Shown here piece after piece: positions 1 to 11,600 of a stretch of DNA of 64,000 nucleotides. Position numbers and translations under genes: made by a program. The DNA is from Paraspadella gotoi (taxonomy: Eukaryota; Animalia; Chaetognatha). The DNA lies in assembly GCA_051294375.1 (NCBI GenBank), contig JBJCIZ010000239.1:4717834-4781833 (forward strand). Reading direction: 5' to 3'. Under the pieces are notes generated by a model. That model did no database searches, was not told the DNA's origin, and saw nothing but the letters and a program-made list of their open reading frames with translations. How positions within the stretch are numbered: position 1 is the stretch's first letter; every line of letters begins with the position of its first letter.

Positions 1-459
1 TTAGGAGGAGAACGAGAAGAAGGAAAATAAGAAAGAGAAGAATAAGAATGAGAAGGAGAAATGATAGAAGGAGAACGCATTGGGGCTGAAGAAAGGGCAG
101 ATGGAAGAAAAAGTAATTTCCTCGGGGAAAGAAGTAAGAAAAGGTTAAGAAAAGGGAAGGAATATAAAATGTAAAGATGAGGTGGATAAAAAAAAGGTTG
201 AATGTAATGTGAAAATTAAACTCGCGAATGTAGTAGTAGTATCATAAAGGAAAATCAGATTAAAGAGATAATTTTGGAAAAACAAATTTGAGCAAACAAT
301 ATCGGATCTGCCCACGATCATTAGTTGATTAGGTAATTAATTAATTAATTAATTTGATCCCAAATGTTTGTTTCTTTCTGAAAAAAATTTGCTAATCATA
401 ACTATAACTAATAATTAGCAGTAACTTTTAAATTCTTAAAACTTTTTTTTCAAAATTGA

Positions 460-604
460 CCAACATACTGGTATGATGGACTAAAATCCACCAACCGTTT
501 CATCACCGCCTTAACAGGTGTTACAGCCTGATCCGAAGCTCAGGGACTGTCCATCTGTGAGGGCGACATATTGCCGTTCATTTGACGAATCACTTCACGG
601 GGTC
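460..604 (-). CDS. Candidate terminal exon
   Basis: Acceptor ctctgttttcgaaag; reads PREVIRQMNGNMSPSQMDSP*ASDQAVTPVKAVMKRLVDFSPSY with one in-frame TGA. KRLVDF.P resembles the C-terminal LRDFYRPFN motif. Confidence 0.3.
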
Positions 605-2449
605 TTTCGAAAACAGAGATGGCCGACGTGAGAGAAGAGCGACCAAAGGGAGAATCCGAGTTTGGAACGACATTGTCGTCGGGCTTATTTTTTTGTAAGG
701 GTTAATAAGTAAACTTCCCCAGCATGAAAAAAACATCGTCTTCTCAGTTCTCACTCGCGTTCGGTTTCCCTATTTATTTATATACATATATATACATTAT
801 ATACATATATATATTTATATACATTTGACTAGTTTTAACTCATATCTGGGGGAAAAAAAATGTTCATCGGAAGGATTGNNNNNNNNNNNNNNNNNNNNNN
901 NNNNNNNNNNNNNNNNNNNNNNNNNNNNNNNNNNNNNNNNNNNNNNNNNNNNNNNNNNNNNNNNNNNNNNNNNNNNNNNNNNNNNNNNNNNNNNNNNNNN
1001 NNNNNNNNNNNNNNNNNNNNNNNNNNNNNNNNNNNNNNNNNNNNNNNNNNNNNNNNNNNNNNNNNNNNNNNNNNNNNNNNNNNNNNNNNNNNNNNNNNNN
1101 NNNNNNNNNNNNNNNNNNNNNNNNNNNNNNNNNNNNNNNNNNNNNNNNNNNNNNNNNNNNNNNNNNNNNNNNNNNNNNNNNNNNNNNNNNNNNNNNNNNN
1201 NNNNNNNNNNNNNNNNNNNNNNNNNNNNNNNNNNNNNNNNNNNNNNNNNNNNNNNNNNNNNNNNNNNNNNNNNNNNNNNNNNNNNNNNNNNNNNNNNNNN
1301 NNNNNNNNNNNNNNNNNNNNNNNNNNNNNNNNNNNNNNNNNNNNNNNNNNNNNNNNNNNNNNNNNNNNNNNNNNNNNNNNNNNNNNNNNNNNNNNNNNNN
1401 NNNNNNNNNNNNNNNNNNNNNNNNNNNNNNNNNNNNNNNNNNNNNNNNNNNNNNNNNNNNNNNNNNNNNNNNNNNNNNNNNNNNNNNNNNNNNNNNNNNN
1501 NNNNNNNNNNNNNNNNNNNNNNNNNNNNNNNNNNNNNNNNNNNNNNNNNNNNNNNNNNNNNNNNNNNNNNNNNNNNNNNNNNNNNNNNNNNNNNNNNNNN
1601 NNNNNNNNNNNNNNNNNNNNNNNNNNNNNNNNNNNNNNNNNNNNNNNNNNNNNNNNNNNNNNNNNNNNNNNNNNNNNNNNNNNNNNNNNNNNNNNNNNNN
1701 NNNNNNNNNNNNNNNNNNNNNNNNNNNNNNNNNNNNNNNNNNNNNNNNNNNNNNNNNNNNNNNNNNNNNNNNNNNNNNNNNNNNNNNNNNNNNNNNNNNN
1801 NNNNNNNNNNNNNNNNNNNNNNNNNNNNNNNNNNNNNNNNNNNNNNNNTCAAAGTCAAAGTCAAATTCAATTAGCGCAAACTTCGTTTTATGAAATTTTT
1901 TTTCTCATGAAAATATAATGATTTTTCCCTAATGCTATTTTTTTACTAAATAAGTAACTACTAACGCTTCAAAACTAAGGTCACTATTTATGAATTGGGC
2001 ATCTGTGTTAATCGGAAGTAAGGTAAAAATAACCGGAGGTAGGGTTAAAATAACCATTAATAAAGTAAACGTGTGGAAAATATAAAATTTTGGACAAAGG
2101 CCATAAATGAAAGAAGTAAAACTTAGCATCATGAAAAGTATATGACACAGGGATTAAGTAGATCTAGTACAATATATATTATGCGAGGTAAAAAATTATA
2201 TGATATAATACCATAAGAATTATGTTTGAATAAAAAAGTTTTTATTGTTTACAGACAACAATTTTTTTTCTTCAAAAAATGGACATGTTTTGAAAAGAGA
2301 AAAAGAAAGAAGAGAGAAAGAAAGAAAGAAAGAAAAAAGAAAGAAATAAAGAAAAAAGCAGAAGCGACAGAAAAAAGGGCGGATTTGGAAAACGCTTCCA
2401 AGGAATGGAAGAAGAAAAGCCACCTGGGCTCTTGAGGAGAACAGGAAGG

Positions 2450-2493
<44 letters not shown>

Positions 2494-3245
2494 CAGAGAT
2501 ATTTGTTCCTCTCTAAAAAAAAGGAATGACAACAAGTTAGGGAAAGAAAAGAAAAGAAGAATAAGAGTAAAGAAAGAAAAAGAGAGAAGAATGAAAAATG
2601 AAGAAAAAATCATTTTTTTTTGGTGGCCATTACTTGCCGACAGAAAAATATTTATTAAAAAAAAATAACATCATTTTCTAGTTTATTTAGTTTTCAAAGA
2701 ATACCTCAAAAACGTTTGATGGTTGGTTCAATTAAAGATTGGGTATTTATTTAAAAACATATTTTTCATTTTTTTTGTTATTTCCTTTTGGTTTTTGGTG
2801 ATTTTGTTTCTTTTTTGTGGTTTTTGTTTCTTGTTTTCTTTTTGTTTTTTTGTTTTTGTTTGCTCCTCTGATAATTGAAACAGACGGGGAATTCGATGGA
2901 GCGAAAATAAAATTCGTCGAATCCTATGACGTCATTTTCATCGCGGGAAAGAGAAGGAAAGGGGGGGAGGGGATGGGGAAGAAGGGGAGGGGATTGCCTT
3001 GGGGAAGGAGGGGGAAGGATTGTCAACGGGAGGGGATTGCTTTTGGGGAAGGAGGGGGAAGGGATTGCCTTGGGAAGAAGGGAAAAGCGAGAAGGAGGAG
3101 GGGATCAAGGGAGGAGACGGGAAAGGAGGAAGGGAGCAAGGGAAGAGGATGGGGAGCGCGGATGGGGAAGAAAGAGAGGGGGATGGGGAACGGGTAGTGA
3201 ATTGCTTTCGGGAAAAGAGAAAACAGTGAAAGGTATGAGGAGTAA

Positions 3246-4110
3246 GGCGTAGTAAAATTCCTAAGTTTAACTTTAATTACAATTCTAAAAGTGAGGAACG
3301 AACAACATTATACTTTATGAACATTTTATGTATAAAAAAATTTATAATAAATTTTACAATTTATGCAGTAGGCTATATTTATACTAGTACTAAATCAATA
3401 AATTTTAAAATTTCAAAACAGTTTTTTTTCTAAATTTTTTTGGAGATTTGGATTCGTCATAAAAAGTGATAAAAGAATATAACTCTTTTTGAAAAATTTT
3501 TTTCATTAAGTGGGTCAAAAATTGGAAAAAGCTATATTTTTAAGCTGAAAATTAATTTTTTTATATGAAATTGGTACAACCATATAAAAAATTATCCATC
3601 CACTAATAAATAAGCTATCTTGTTCCCTGACTTTGGACAGGCTTTGGTGGTTTAAGGCCTCCATCACACTTACAAGATAATAACATAACAGGTTTCTGCA
3701 AGCTTTTAATCAAGCCTCTCTCACAGACTTCTTATTCACTCCCAGTGAGACCTGGCTTCCCTATCAATGAAGTGGTATAATATTTTCAAAGAATGTTTCA
3801 ATTGTATGAAAAGACCACTCCCTTAATATTAATATAGTTTTTTTAATTTTTAACCCACTTAATAAAGAATTTTTAAAAATGATTTCTATTTTCTTTTATC
3901 AACTTTTGACGAGGAATTCAAATCTGCAATCAAAATTAAGAAAACCTATTTTGATTTTTTTGATTTATAAGGATAGTATTATATATAAATGTAGCCTACT
4001 GCGAAAATTAAAAAAACATAATTAATTTTTTTTAGCAAATTAATGTTCACTGATGTATGTTGTTCATGAATTAACTTTTTAAGAATTTTTGTATGTAACT
4101 TTCATACGCC
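3246..4110. mobile_element. Non-autonomous DNA transposon (MITE/foldback) with ~290-bp imperfect TIRs, Kolobok-like ends
   Basis: 3246-3545 is a degenerate reverse complement of 3825-4110 (shared gaacaacat, gcagtaggcta, gataaaaga, ttaagtgggt). Termini are GGCGTA...TACGCC, flanked by GTAA and TTAA. The core contains the dispersed gactttggacagg motif. Confidence 0.7.
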
Positions 4111-4389
4111 TTAATGAGGGGGAAGGGTGAAAGGGGGAAGTGCGAGGGTAGTCAAAGAGAGAAGGGGAAGGTGAAAGGGTGAAGGATGGGGAAGGGAAGG
4201 GTGAAATGGTGATAAGTAGTAGAATATGAGGTAAGCGGGTGAAAGGGGAAGCGTGTGAAAGGGTTGAAAGGGGAAGGGAAGTGGAGTAAGGGAGTATCAC
4301 TCGGGAAAAAAAAGTTCCCTTTTTTCCTTTCAGATGTCTTTCCTTCCTGATGTCATTTTTTCTGATGTCATTTTATTCCTATGTCATTT

Positions 4390-4462
4390 TATCCAATGTC
4401 ATTTCGTCGACATCAAAGGAAACGATTGACCTCTGATTCATCACGTTCGGCGTAGATCCTCT
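4390..4462 (-). CDS. Candidate exon piece
   Basis: After a polypyrimidine tract, reads ED(Y/L)....V.RFLDVDEMT after indel correction, like the ED....V..FL segment of sulfotransferases. Confidence 0.3.
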
Positions 4463-4601
4463 CACAAAAGGGAAAACAACAAAAATAGAGAGGGAGAGGG
4501 AGAGAGAGAGAGAGAGAGAGGGTGAAGGGTGGGAGAGGAAGAGAGGGTGAGCAGTAGGGTGAGTGAGGAAAGCTTGGGGAGAAATAGACAGAGAAAAGGG
4601 T

Positions 4602-4672
<71 letters not shown>

Positions 4673-4766
4673 AAATGGAGCAAAAAAAGAGAAAAAAAGG
4701 GAGAGAGAAAATGGAATTAGAGAGAGATATAGAGAAAGAGAGAAAGAGAGAGAGAGAAAGAGAGAA

Positions 4767-4799
<33 letters not shown>

Positions 4800-5070
4800 A
4801 GGGGGAAATTTGAGGGCGACAGAGAGAGAGAAGAGGGAGAGAGAACAATGGAGAGAGGAAGACAGGGCGGAAAGAGAGAGAGAAAGAAGAAATGGAGCAA
4901 TAAAGAGAGAGAAAAGAGTAAGAGAAAAAAAATTGAATTGAATTAAAAAGCTTAAATGTAACAACCCAATGAACTTATTTGAAAAGTGACAGTGGAAATT
5001 GATTAGAAAATACTAGATGGAAAAATTATTTATTTGAGAGAACTTGGCGTTGAAAACAATTTTGACCCAC

Positions 5071-5251
5071 CTTAATAGTATAAATAAGTTATCTTTGCCG
5101 TAAAAAAAAATACTGACTTCAAATGGAGCGGTAAGGAATATTCTCAAAGAGAAGCAGTTGCGAAAATCGGTAGCATTCTGAAACTCAAAAGCCTAACGCC
5201 GGTTGGAGCGGTTGCTGAATGCATAACTACTGATGGGCAAGAAAACTTGTC
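5071..5251 (-). CDS. Candidate exon, sulfotransferase C-terminal half
   Basis: Ends with HLKSVF.FYGKDNLFILLR then donor aag|gtgggt; resembles the Y.xHL.xW..xF.xxxx.ILR segment of CHST15/HS3ST-type enzymes. Frameshifted. Confidence 0.4.
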
Positions 5252-7258
5252 CTTAAGGCGAACGGATTTCCCCAAAAAAACAAAGCAAAAAATTTAAAAA
5301 AAAAAAGTAATTTTTCTTTAATTTTTTTCCACTCAACTAGCTTATGCAAATCGAGAAATAATTATTTCTTTTTTCCTGGATTTTCTATTCAAGAATGAGG
5401 GAAAAACAAAAACAAAANNNNNNNNNNNNNNNNNNNNNNNNNNNNNNNNNNNNNNNNNNNNNNNNNNNNNNNNNNNNNNNNNNNNNNNNNNNNNNNNNNN
5501 NNNNNNNNNNNNNNNNNNNNNNNNNNNNNNNNNNNNNNNNNNNNNNNNNNNNNNNNNNNNNNNNNNNNNNNNNNNNNNNNNNNNNNNNNNNNNNNNNNNN
5601 NNNAGAGAGAAACAAAATTTTTGCGTCGACAAAGATTTGACGTCAAAAGCGAAAACCGAATCTGAAAACCGAACAAAAAAAATATTTTTTTTTAAATTAG
5701 CTAATGTTTACCGACATTTTGAATCATTTTTTAAAATGTATTCTTTTCCAAATCAAAATTTCTTTAACCTTTATTTCAACAACGTTTATACGTGTTGATA
5801 ACATTTTCATACACACCTTTTTATAAAAATCCCTTCTTTTAAAATTAAAATTTATTTTGGCTAATCTTTTAATCATATTTTTTTACCTTTTTAATTTTTT
5901 TTTAAATCTTTTTCTTCGCATTCGTCAAAGGCAGCGATTTACTCCAGAGTTATGAATCTTAATGAACGACGACGACGACGACGACGGCGACGAACGATTT
6001 AAAAATTAATGATCGTTCAGTCGGCTTCCGGTTGACGCTGGAAGGAGAGAGAGACACAGAGAGAGAGAGNNNNNNNNNNNNNNNNNNNNNNNNNTTTCTT
6101 TCTCCTCCTCTTCTCCTCTCTCTCTCCCTCTCTCCTCTCTCCTCTTCTCTCCCTCCTCTCTGGTCTCTCTCCTCCGTCTCTCTCGTCTCTCTCTCTCTCG
6201 TCCCTTTCCTCTCTCTCTATCTCTCTCCTTTCTCTCTCTCGTCCCTTTCTCCTTATCCTAAACCTTTTTCAAGTATTCAAGGCGACCTACCCCGGTAGAT
6301 GATGATGGTGCGTGTTAAAAAAAAAGGCTTGGGATGGATTCTTCTCTGGTTTCAACTCTCTCTTCTTCTCGTCTCTCTCTCTCTCCCATGTCTCTCTCTC
6401 TCTCTCTCTCCTTTACCTCTCTCTCTTCCTCCCATCTCTCTCTCCTGTGTCTCCTCTCCTGAGAGAGATTGCTTTTGCTCTTACCAAGCAATCTCTCTCA
6501 AAGAAAAAAAAAGATTGGATTTGGGTCAGAATTTTTTTTGCTTTTTGCAAATGGAGAAAATTAAAATGCTAACGCTTCTGAATGCTCGTTTTGCTTTTTT
6601 TGCTTTTTCTTGGTTTGTTTGTCGTTTTAGTTTCCACATTAATAATTCAGAAACACATCAAGTATTCGACAACTGTTTCGGGCTTTGGTAAAATTTATTA
6701 ATTTACAGTTTATTCGAATTAATTTTAATGTTAATTTTTCGATTAAATTTTGTACATTCTAGGTATGTATTTTTAATATTTATTTATTTTGAGGAATTAT
6801 ATATAGCATAATTTTTTATTTAATTTTTTTTCAATTTTAGTTCTAAACGAACCAAGTTTTGTACAACGTTTGATTTTAGTTAAATATAGCCCTAGTTTAA
6901 AAAAAAACATATTTAAAAAAACATTTAAATATTTGCATAATTTTTTTTTGGTTCTATATCCTCATTCATAAAAATATTATTTAAACCCTTTTTTTCATCT
7001 TCTAGTAAAAGTTTTTTTTAATGTTTTAAAACTAAATCAAAGTTTTAAACTTTTACTGGGGTTTAAAAAAAAAAAAAAAAGACGGGGAGAAAATTGCGCA
7101 GCTGCCGGCGATAAATCTCTCGCGCCGCCGCCTTTTGCAAATAACCTACTTTCCTTCGCCCCGCAAAGACCTCGACTTTCTGCAGCCTTACCCTGACCTT
7201 TTTTTTCTTTCTTGTATAGCCTCACCTCCCGCTTAGAGGGTGAGTCGAAGCCCGACGA

Positions 7259-7568
7259 GGACTCATTTTTCCCAGAACGCCCCATTTCATCTTAAATTCG
7301 TAATTTGGTTAATTTCTTTAGTTAAAATTAAGGTTAGAGATTTGGGTTAGGGATTCGGATAGTGATAAAGGTTAAGGACACGGTTTATGATTAGGGTTAG
7401 GGATTTAGGTTAGGGATTAACATGTAAGGTCAGAGGTTAGGGTTACAAATTAGGGACAAGGGTTGAGGATTAGGTTAATGTTAGGGATTAGGGGTTAGGG
7501 ATTGGTTCATGAGTTTCAACAAATATTAAGGTTAAATATTGAGTTTAGAATTAATTTCTGGGAAAAAC
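7259..7568. mobile_element. MITE, same telomere-like-repeat family
   Basis: Begins ggactcatttttcccagaacgccccatttcatcttaa, has degenerate TTAGGG/TTAGG repeats, and ends ttctgggaaaaa. Confidence 0.6.
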
Positions 7569-7599
7569 AAACATTAAGGGGGTGTTCTCGTGAAAGAGA

Positions 7600-7905
7600 G
7601 GAAGATAGAAAGGCACAAGTGTAAATATGGACGGGAGAATTCAATATAGCTATTAACTTGAGTACAGATTTTAGAGCGGACAAGGAGCGAGAAGGCATCG
7701 GGCGGGAGGTTATATAGATGTCTTACGAGGAAGAGAGAGAGACCTCGGACGGACGGGATGAAAGCGGACGAGAGAGAAGGAGAGGAGGAAGGAAGAGAGA
7801 CGAGAAGGAGAGGGGAAAGGAGGGAGAGAGGAGAGAGAGGAGGAGGAGAAACAGGGAGAAGGAGAGTCACCTTTTCCACAGGTTGGTCGCGGAAAGTATG
7901 TTTTA
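7600..7905 (-). CDS. Two candidate exon pieces (7871-7905 and 7600-7721) resembling the sulfotransferase 3'-PB motif region
   Basis: atactttccgcgaccaacctgtggaaaag|gtgact reads as ILR(D/N)PVER after indel correction; the next piece after ag reads LYNLPPDAFSLLVRSKI. Confidence 0.35.
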
Positions 7906-9736
7906 AGGAGATATAAAATGAAAGGAGGGAAACAGAGAGAACGAAAAAAAACCTATTCAATGTTCTATTTTTTGCACTGTTAAGGTTTCCAAATCCAACC
8001 GTTTCTTTTTTCTCTCTTTTTCCTTCTCTCTCTTCTCTCTCTCTCCTCTCTCTCTCGCCATCTCTCTTCTCTCTCTCTCTCTCTACTCTCTCTCTCTACT
8101 CTCTCTCTCTTCTCGTATTAGCATCGCTTGTTATATTTTCTCTCGTTGCTCATGTACTTGAATCTCTCGAGTTAGAAAGATAGCATAACGCCCCATAGTC
8201 TTTTGTCAAGCACGTCAGGCAATGTAAGCAATTTTCATTGAATGACTGATAAGTTATTATTATTCCACCTGTACAATTTTAAAAACCAAAAAATCGATAC
8301 AAGAAATGGGAGAGAAAAAGAAATGAGAGCGGAAAAAAAAAAAAAAAGAGAAACGAAACCAGCACCCACCCCCAACCGCCCCAGAAAACCCCCGGAAAAA
8401 AAAAAACAAAAAAAGACAAAACCAAGCAAGATGACACAGAGAAAAGAGCCCGACGACGACACCACACACCCCGGCAGCCGGGGACCAACCCCCCCACCAC
8501 CGCCCCCCCCCCCCCCCCCCGATGCCCGACCGCAGCCCTGAACAGACAGCCAGTCCGAAGCGCGAGAGGAAGAGACATGATGAGAAGGGAAGGAGGAGAG
8601 ACGGATTAGGACGAGAGAAAGAGGAGAGACAGAGAAGAGAGAGAGAGCGAGAGGAGAGAGACGAGGAGAGAAAGAAGGAAGAGAGCAGAGAGAGAGGGGG
8701 GCGAGCAAAAGAAAATAAAAAAGCCCTTCTCGCGCCCACACTTTATCTAAAGAATTCGATAAGGAAAGAGAAAGAAAGGAGATGACGATCGCGAGGAGCT
8801 GAGTGGAGAGAGGAGAGCAGAGAGAGAGAAGAGAGGAGGGGAGCGAACGAATCGTGGAGCAGGAGAAAGACCGGACAGAGAGAAGAGAGCACGAGAGAGA
8901 GAGGTCCGCTTTTAACGTCTTATAGCCTCTAAACGAGTCCGTTACCCTTCCACTTTCACAGAACTCGTCTCGGGGCGAGGTCATTTAAAAAACTCTTTAC
9001 GAAGTATTTCGAATCTCTCTTCAGCTCGTTGCTGGCGACGCGGGGAATGCGAGCTGGTCGGGCGCGCCGGCGCCTGCTTAATATAAGGCAAGCAGGCTGA
9101 TGGTCGGTCCAATTTTGGCAAGGAGGCATACCTTTGACCTTAACAGGCGCTTTTGGAACCGGAGCTCCAGTTTAACAAGCGTAGCGGAAAAATATATATC
9201 ACAGTAATATAGGTTACTGTTTAACTATGAAAAATTGGCGAAATTACTTTAGAATTTTATACCGAATATTTTCATTATTTAAATTTATTTTTTAAATTTT
9301 CTTTCTTTCGATTAAATATTATTAATCCTAATACATATTTATTTGTTTTGGGATGTTTAGTTGAATTTCGTGGAAAAAAACTAACACTAACTTCGATCAA
9401 TTGTTTTATTTGCTTTAGTTTTCTAATATATTTCGTACATTAATCCTTTTGGAAAATTATTAACGAGAAACTCATAATATCTAAGAGGCAGAACAAAAAA
9501 CGGGGAATGGATACATTTTTATTATTTTTTTGGTTAATTTTACTTTAACTTTCCTTACTTTTATCCATGCTTACCATATTTAACCTTACCATAACGTACC
9601 CCTCCTAAGTTTATTTTTTTTATTTACCCTCTTTATACCATGTTTTTTTTTTTTAACCTTCCAAACAAACTTAAATAATTGTCGCAAGCTAAAGTGCTAT
9701 CTCACGTATATCTCGTATATCACGTGCTATCTCACT

Positions 9737-9840
9737 CTACGGCCGGCCTCACGCTTCCCCCAGGGTGGATAACTTCGGAGATCGATCCCGCTTCTTTAAT
9801 GGTCATTAACTGAGTACTTTTCTCAACGAGCCACCTGGTC
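9737..9840 (-). mobile_element. SINE 5' half, same family (duplicated at ~12350-12470 minus and ~40808-40910 plus)
   Basis: Reverse complement reads GACCAGGTGGCTCGTTGAG...GGGATCGATCTCC...ccctgggggaagcgtgaggccggccgtag. Confidence 0.65.
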
Positions 9841-11377
9841 AAAAAACTTAAGATGGACTGATCAAAGGCTGGGTGAACTTGGCAATCCCTGATTACGTCC
9901 ACATTGCATTTCGTAATGTTATATATATATTTATTATTTATGTTATATATCAAGTTTTATATTTAACGAAAAAGAAAAAAAAGAAAAAAGAAATAAATCG
10001 NNNNNNNNNNGATAGCATATTCATGAAATGAATGGATAATTTTTATTCCACTTGTACCAATTTAAAAACAANNNNNNNNNNNNNNNNNNNNNNNNNNNNN
10101 NNNNNNNNNNNNNNNNNNNNNNNNNNNNNNNNNNNNNNNNNNNNNNNNNNNNNNNNNNNNNNNNNNNNNNNNNNNNNNNNNNNNNNNNNNNNNNNNNNNN
10201 NNNNNNNNNNNNNNNNNNNNNNNNNNNNNNNNNNNNNNNNNNNNNNNNNNNNNNNNNNNNNNNNNNNNNNNNNNNNNNNNNNNNNNNNNNNNNNNNNNNN
10301 NNNNNNNNNNNNNNNNNNNNNNNNNNNNNNNNNNNNNNNNNNNNNNNNNNNNNNNNNNNNNNNNNNNNNNNNNNNNNNNNNNNNNNNNTCGCTTAAAACG
10401 TTATAGCTCTAACGGCGTTCCTTCCTCCACTTTCCAAACGTCGGGGGTAAAAACTCTTTACGAGTTATGATCTCTCTTCGCTCGTTGCCTGGCGACGGGA
10501 TGCGGCTGGTCGGCCGGCGCTGTTATAAGCAAGCAGGCGCTGTGGCAATTTTGCAGGCGCTACCTTTGCTTAACAGGCGCTTTTGAAACGGGCGTTAACA
10601 GCGTAGGAAAAATATATATCACGTAATATTAGTTACTGTAAGTATGAAAATTGCGAAATTACTTAGATTTTAGAATATTTATTATTTAATTTATTTTTAA
10701 ATTTTTCTTTCTTGATTTAAATTATATCTCTCTCTCTCTAGGCACTTCACTTGTTATTTTCTATCGTTCTCTGTTTGTTTTTGATCTTTCGAAGTATTTA
10801 TAAAAAGACTACAATAAGGCAAATAGTCTCTGCTCAAGAGTCTCAGGGGCAAAAGATAGCAATATTCATGTGAATGAAATGAGCATAATTTTTTATTTCC
10901 AACTCTTGTTTGACGAATCTTAAAAACATAATGAATAAAAATGCGTCGAAAAAAAAAAAAAAGTGTGAGAGAGACGAATGAGGGAGATGAGAGGAGAGAG
11001 AATGAGACGAGAAGAGAGAGAGAGAAGAAGGAGAGGAGAGAGACAGAGAAATAAGAGAGAGAGGAAAGATCGAGAGGAGACGAGAGGAGGTGAGGACGAC
11101 CGAGAAGAAAGATGAGAGAGACAGACAGAGAGAGGGGGGGAGAAAAAGAAAATAAAACTAAAGCCCTTTCTCGCGCGCCCACACTTTAAAAATTAAAAAA
11201 CAATTTTAATATAAAATCTGATTAAGAAACAAGAGAGAGATGAGAGAGAGAGAGAAGGTTCAGAGACGAAGAGAAGGAGCATACATGACATGCAGGATGA
11301 AGAGACGACGAGAGAGAGAGAGCGAGAGAGCACGAGACTCGCTTAAAACGTTTATAGCCTCTAACGGCCTTCCTTAC

Positions 11378-11600
11378 CTCCACTTTCACAAACGTCGGGT
11401 GCGCGGAGTGAGTCATTAAAAACTCTTTACGAGTTATCGATCTTCTCTTCAGCTCGTTTTTGCTGGGCGACGCGGAATGCGGCTGGTCGGGTCAGCGCCG
11501 GCGCCTGTTATATAAGCAAGCAGGCGCTGTATCGGCGCAATTTTGCAAGCGGCGCTACCTTTGACTTAACAGGCATCGCTTATTGGAAACGGAGTCTCTC
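11378..11600 (-). CDS. Candidate exon (three noisy copies)
   Basis: Donor gag|gtaagg; consensus approximately QQRAEERFEILRKEFL...PTFVKVE; acceptor not resolved. Confidence 0.35.

Noticed and set aside
815-1918. Long ORFs consisting of X (also at 5400, 10050, 20036-21380, 22300, 23400, 55930-57398)
   Set aside because: They span N-gaps and contain no sequence information.
4379-4964. RE-rich, SL-rich and FLS-rich ORFs throughout the window
   Set aside because: Translations of (AG)n/(CT)n/(AAAG)n microsatellites, open in several frames on both strands.
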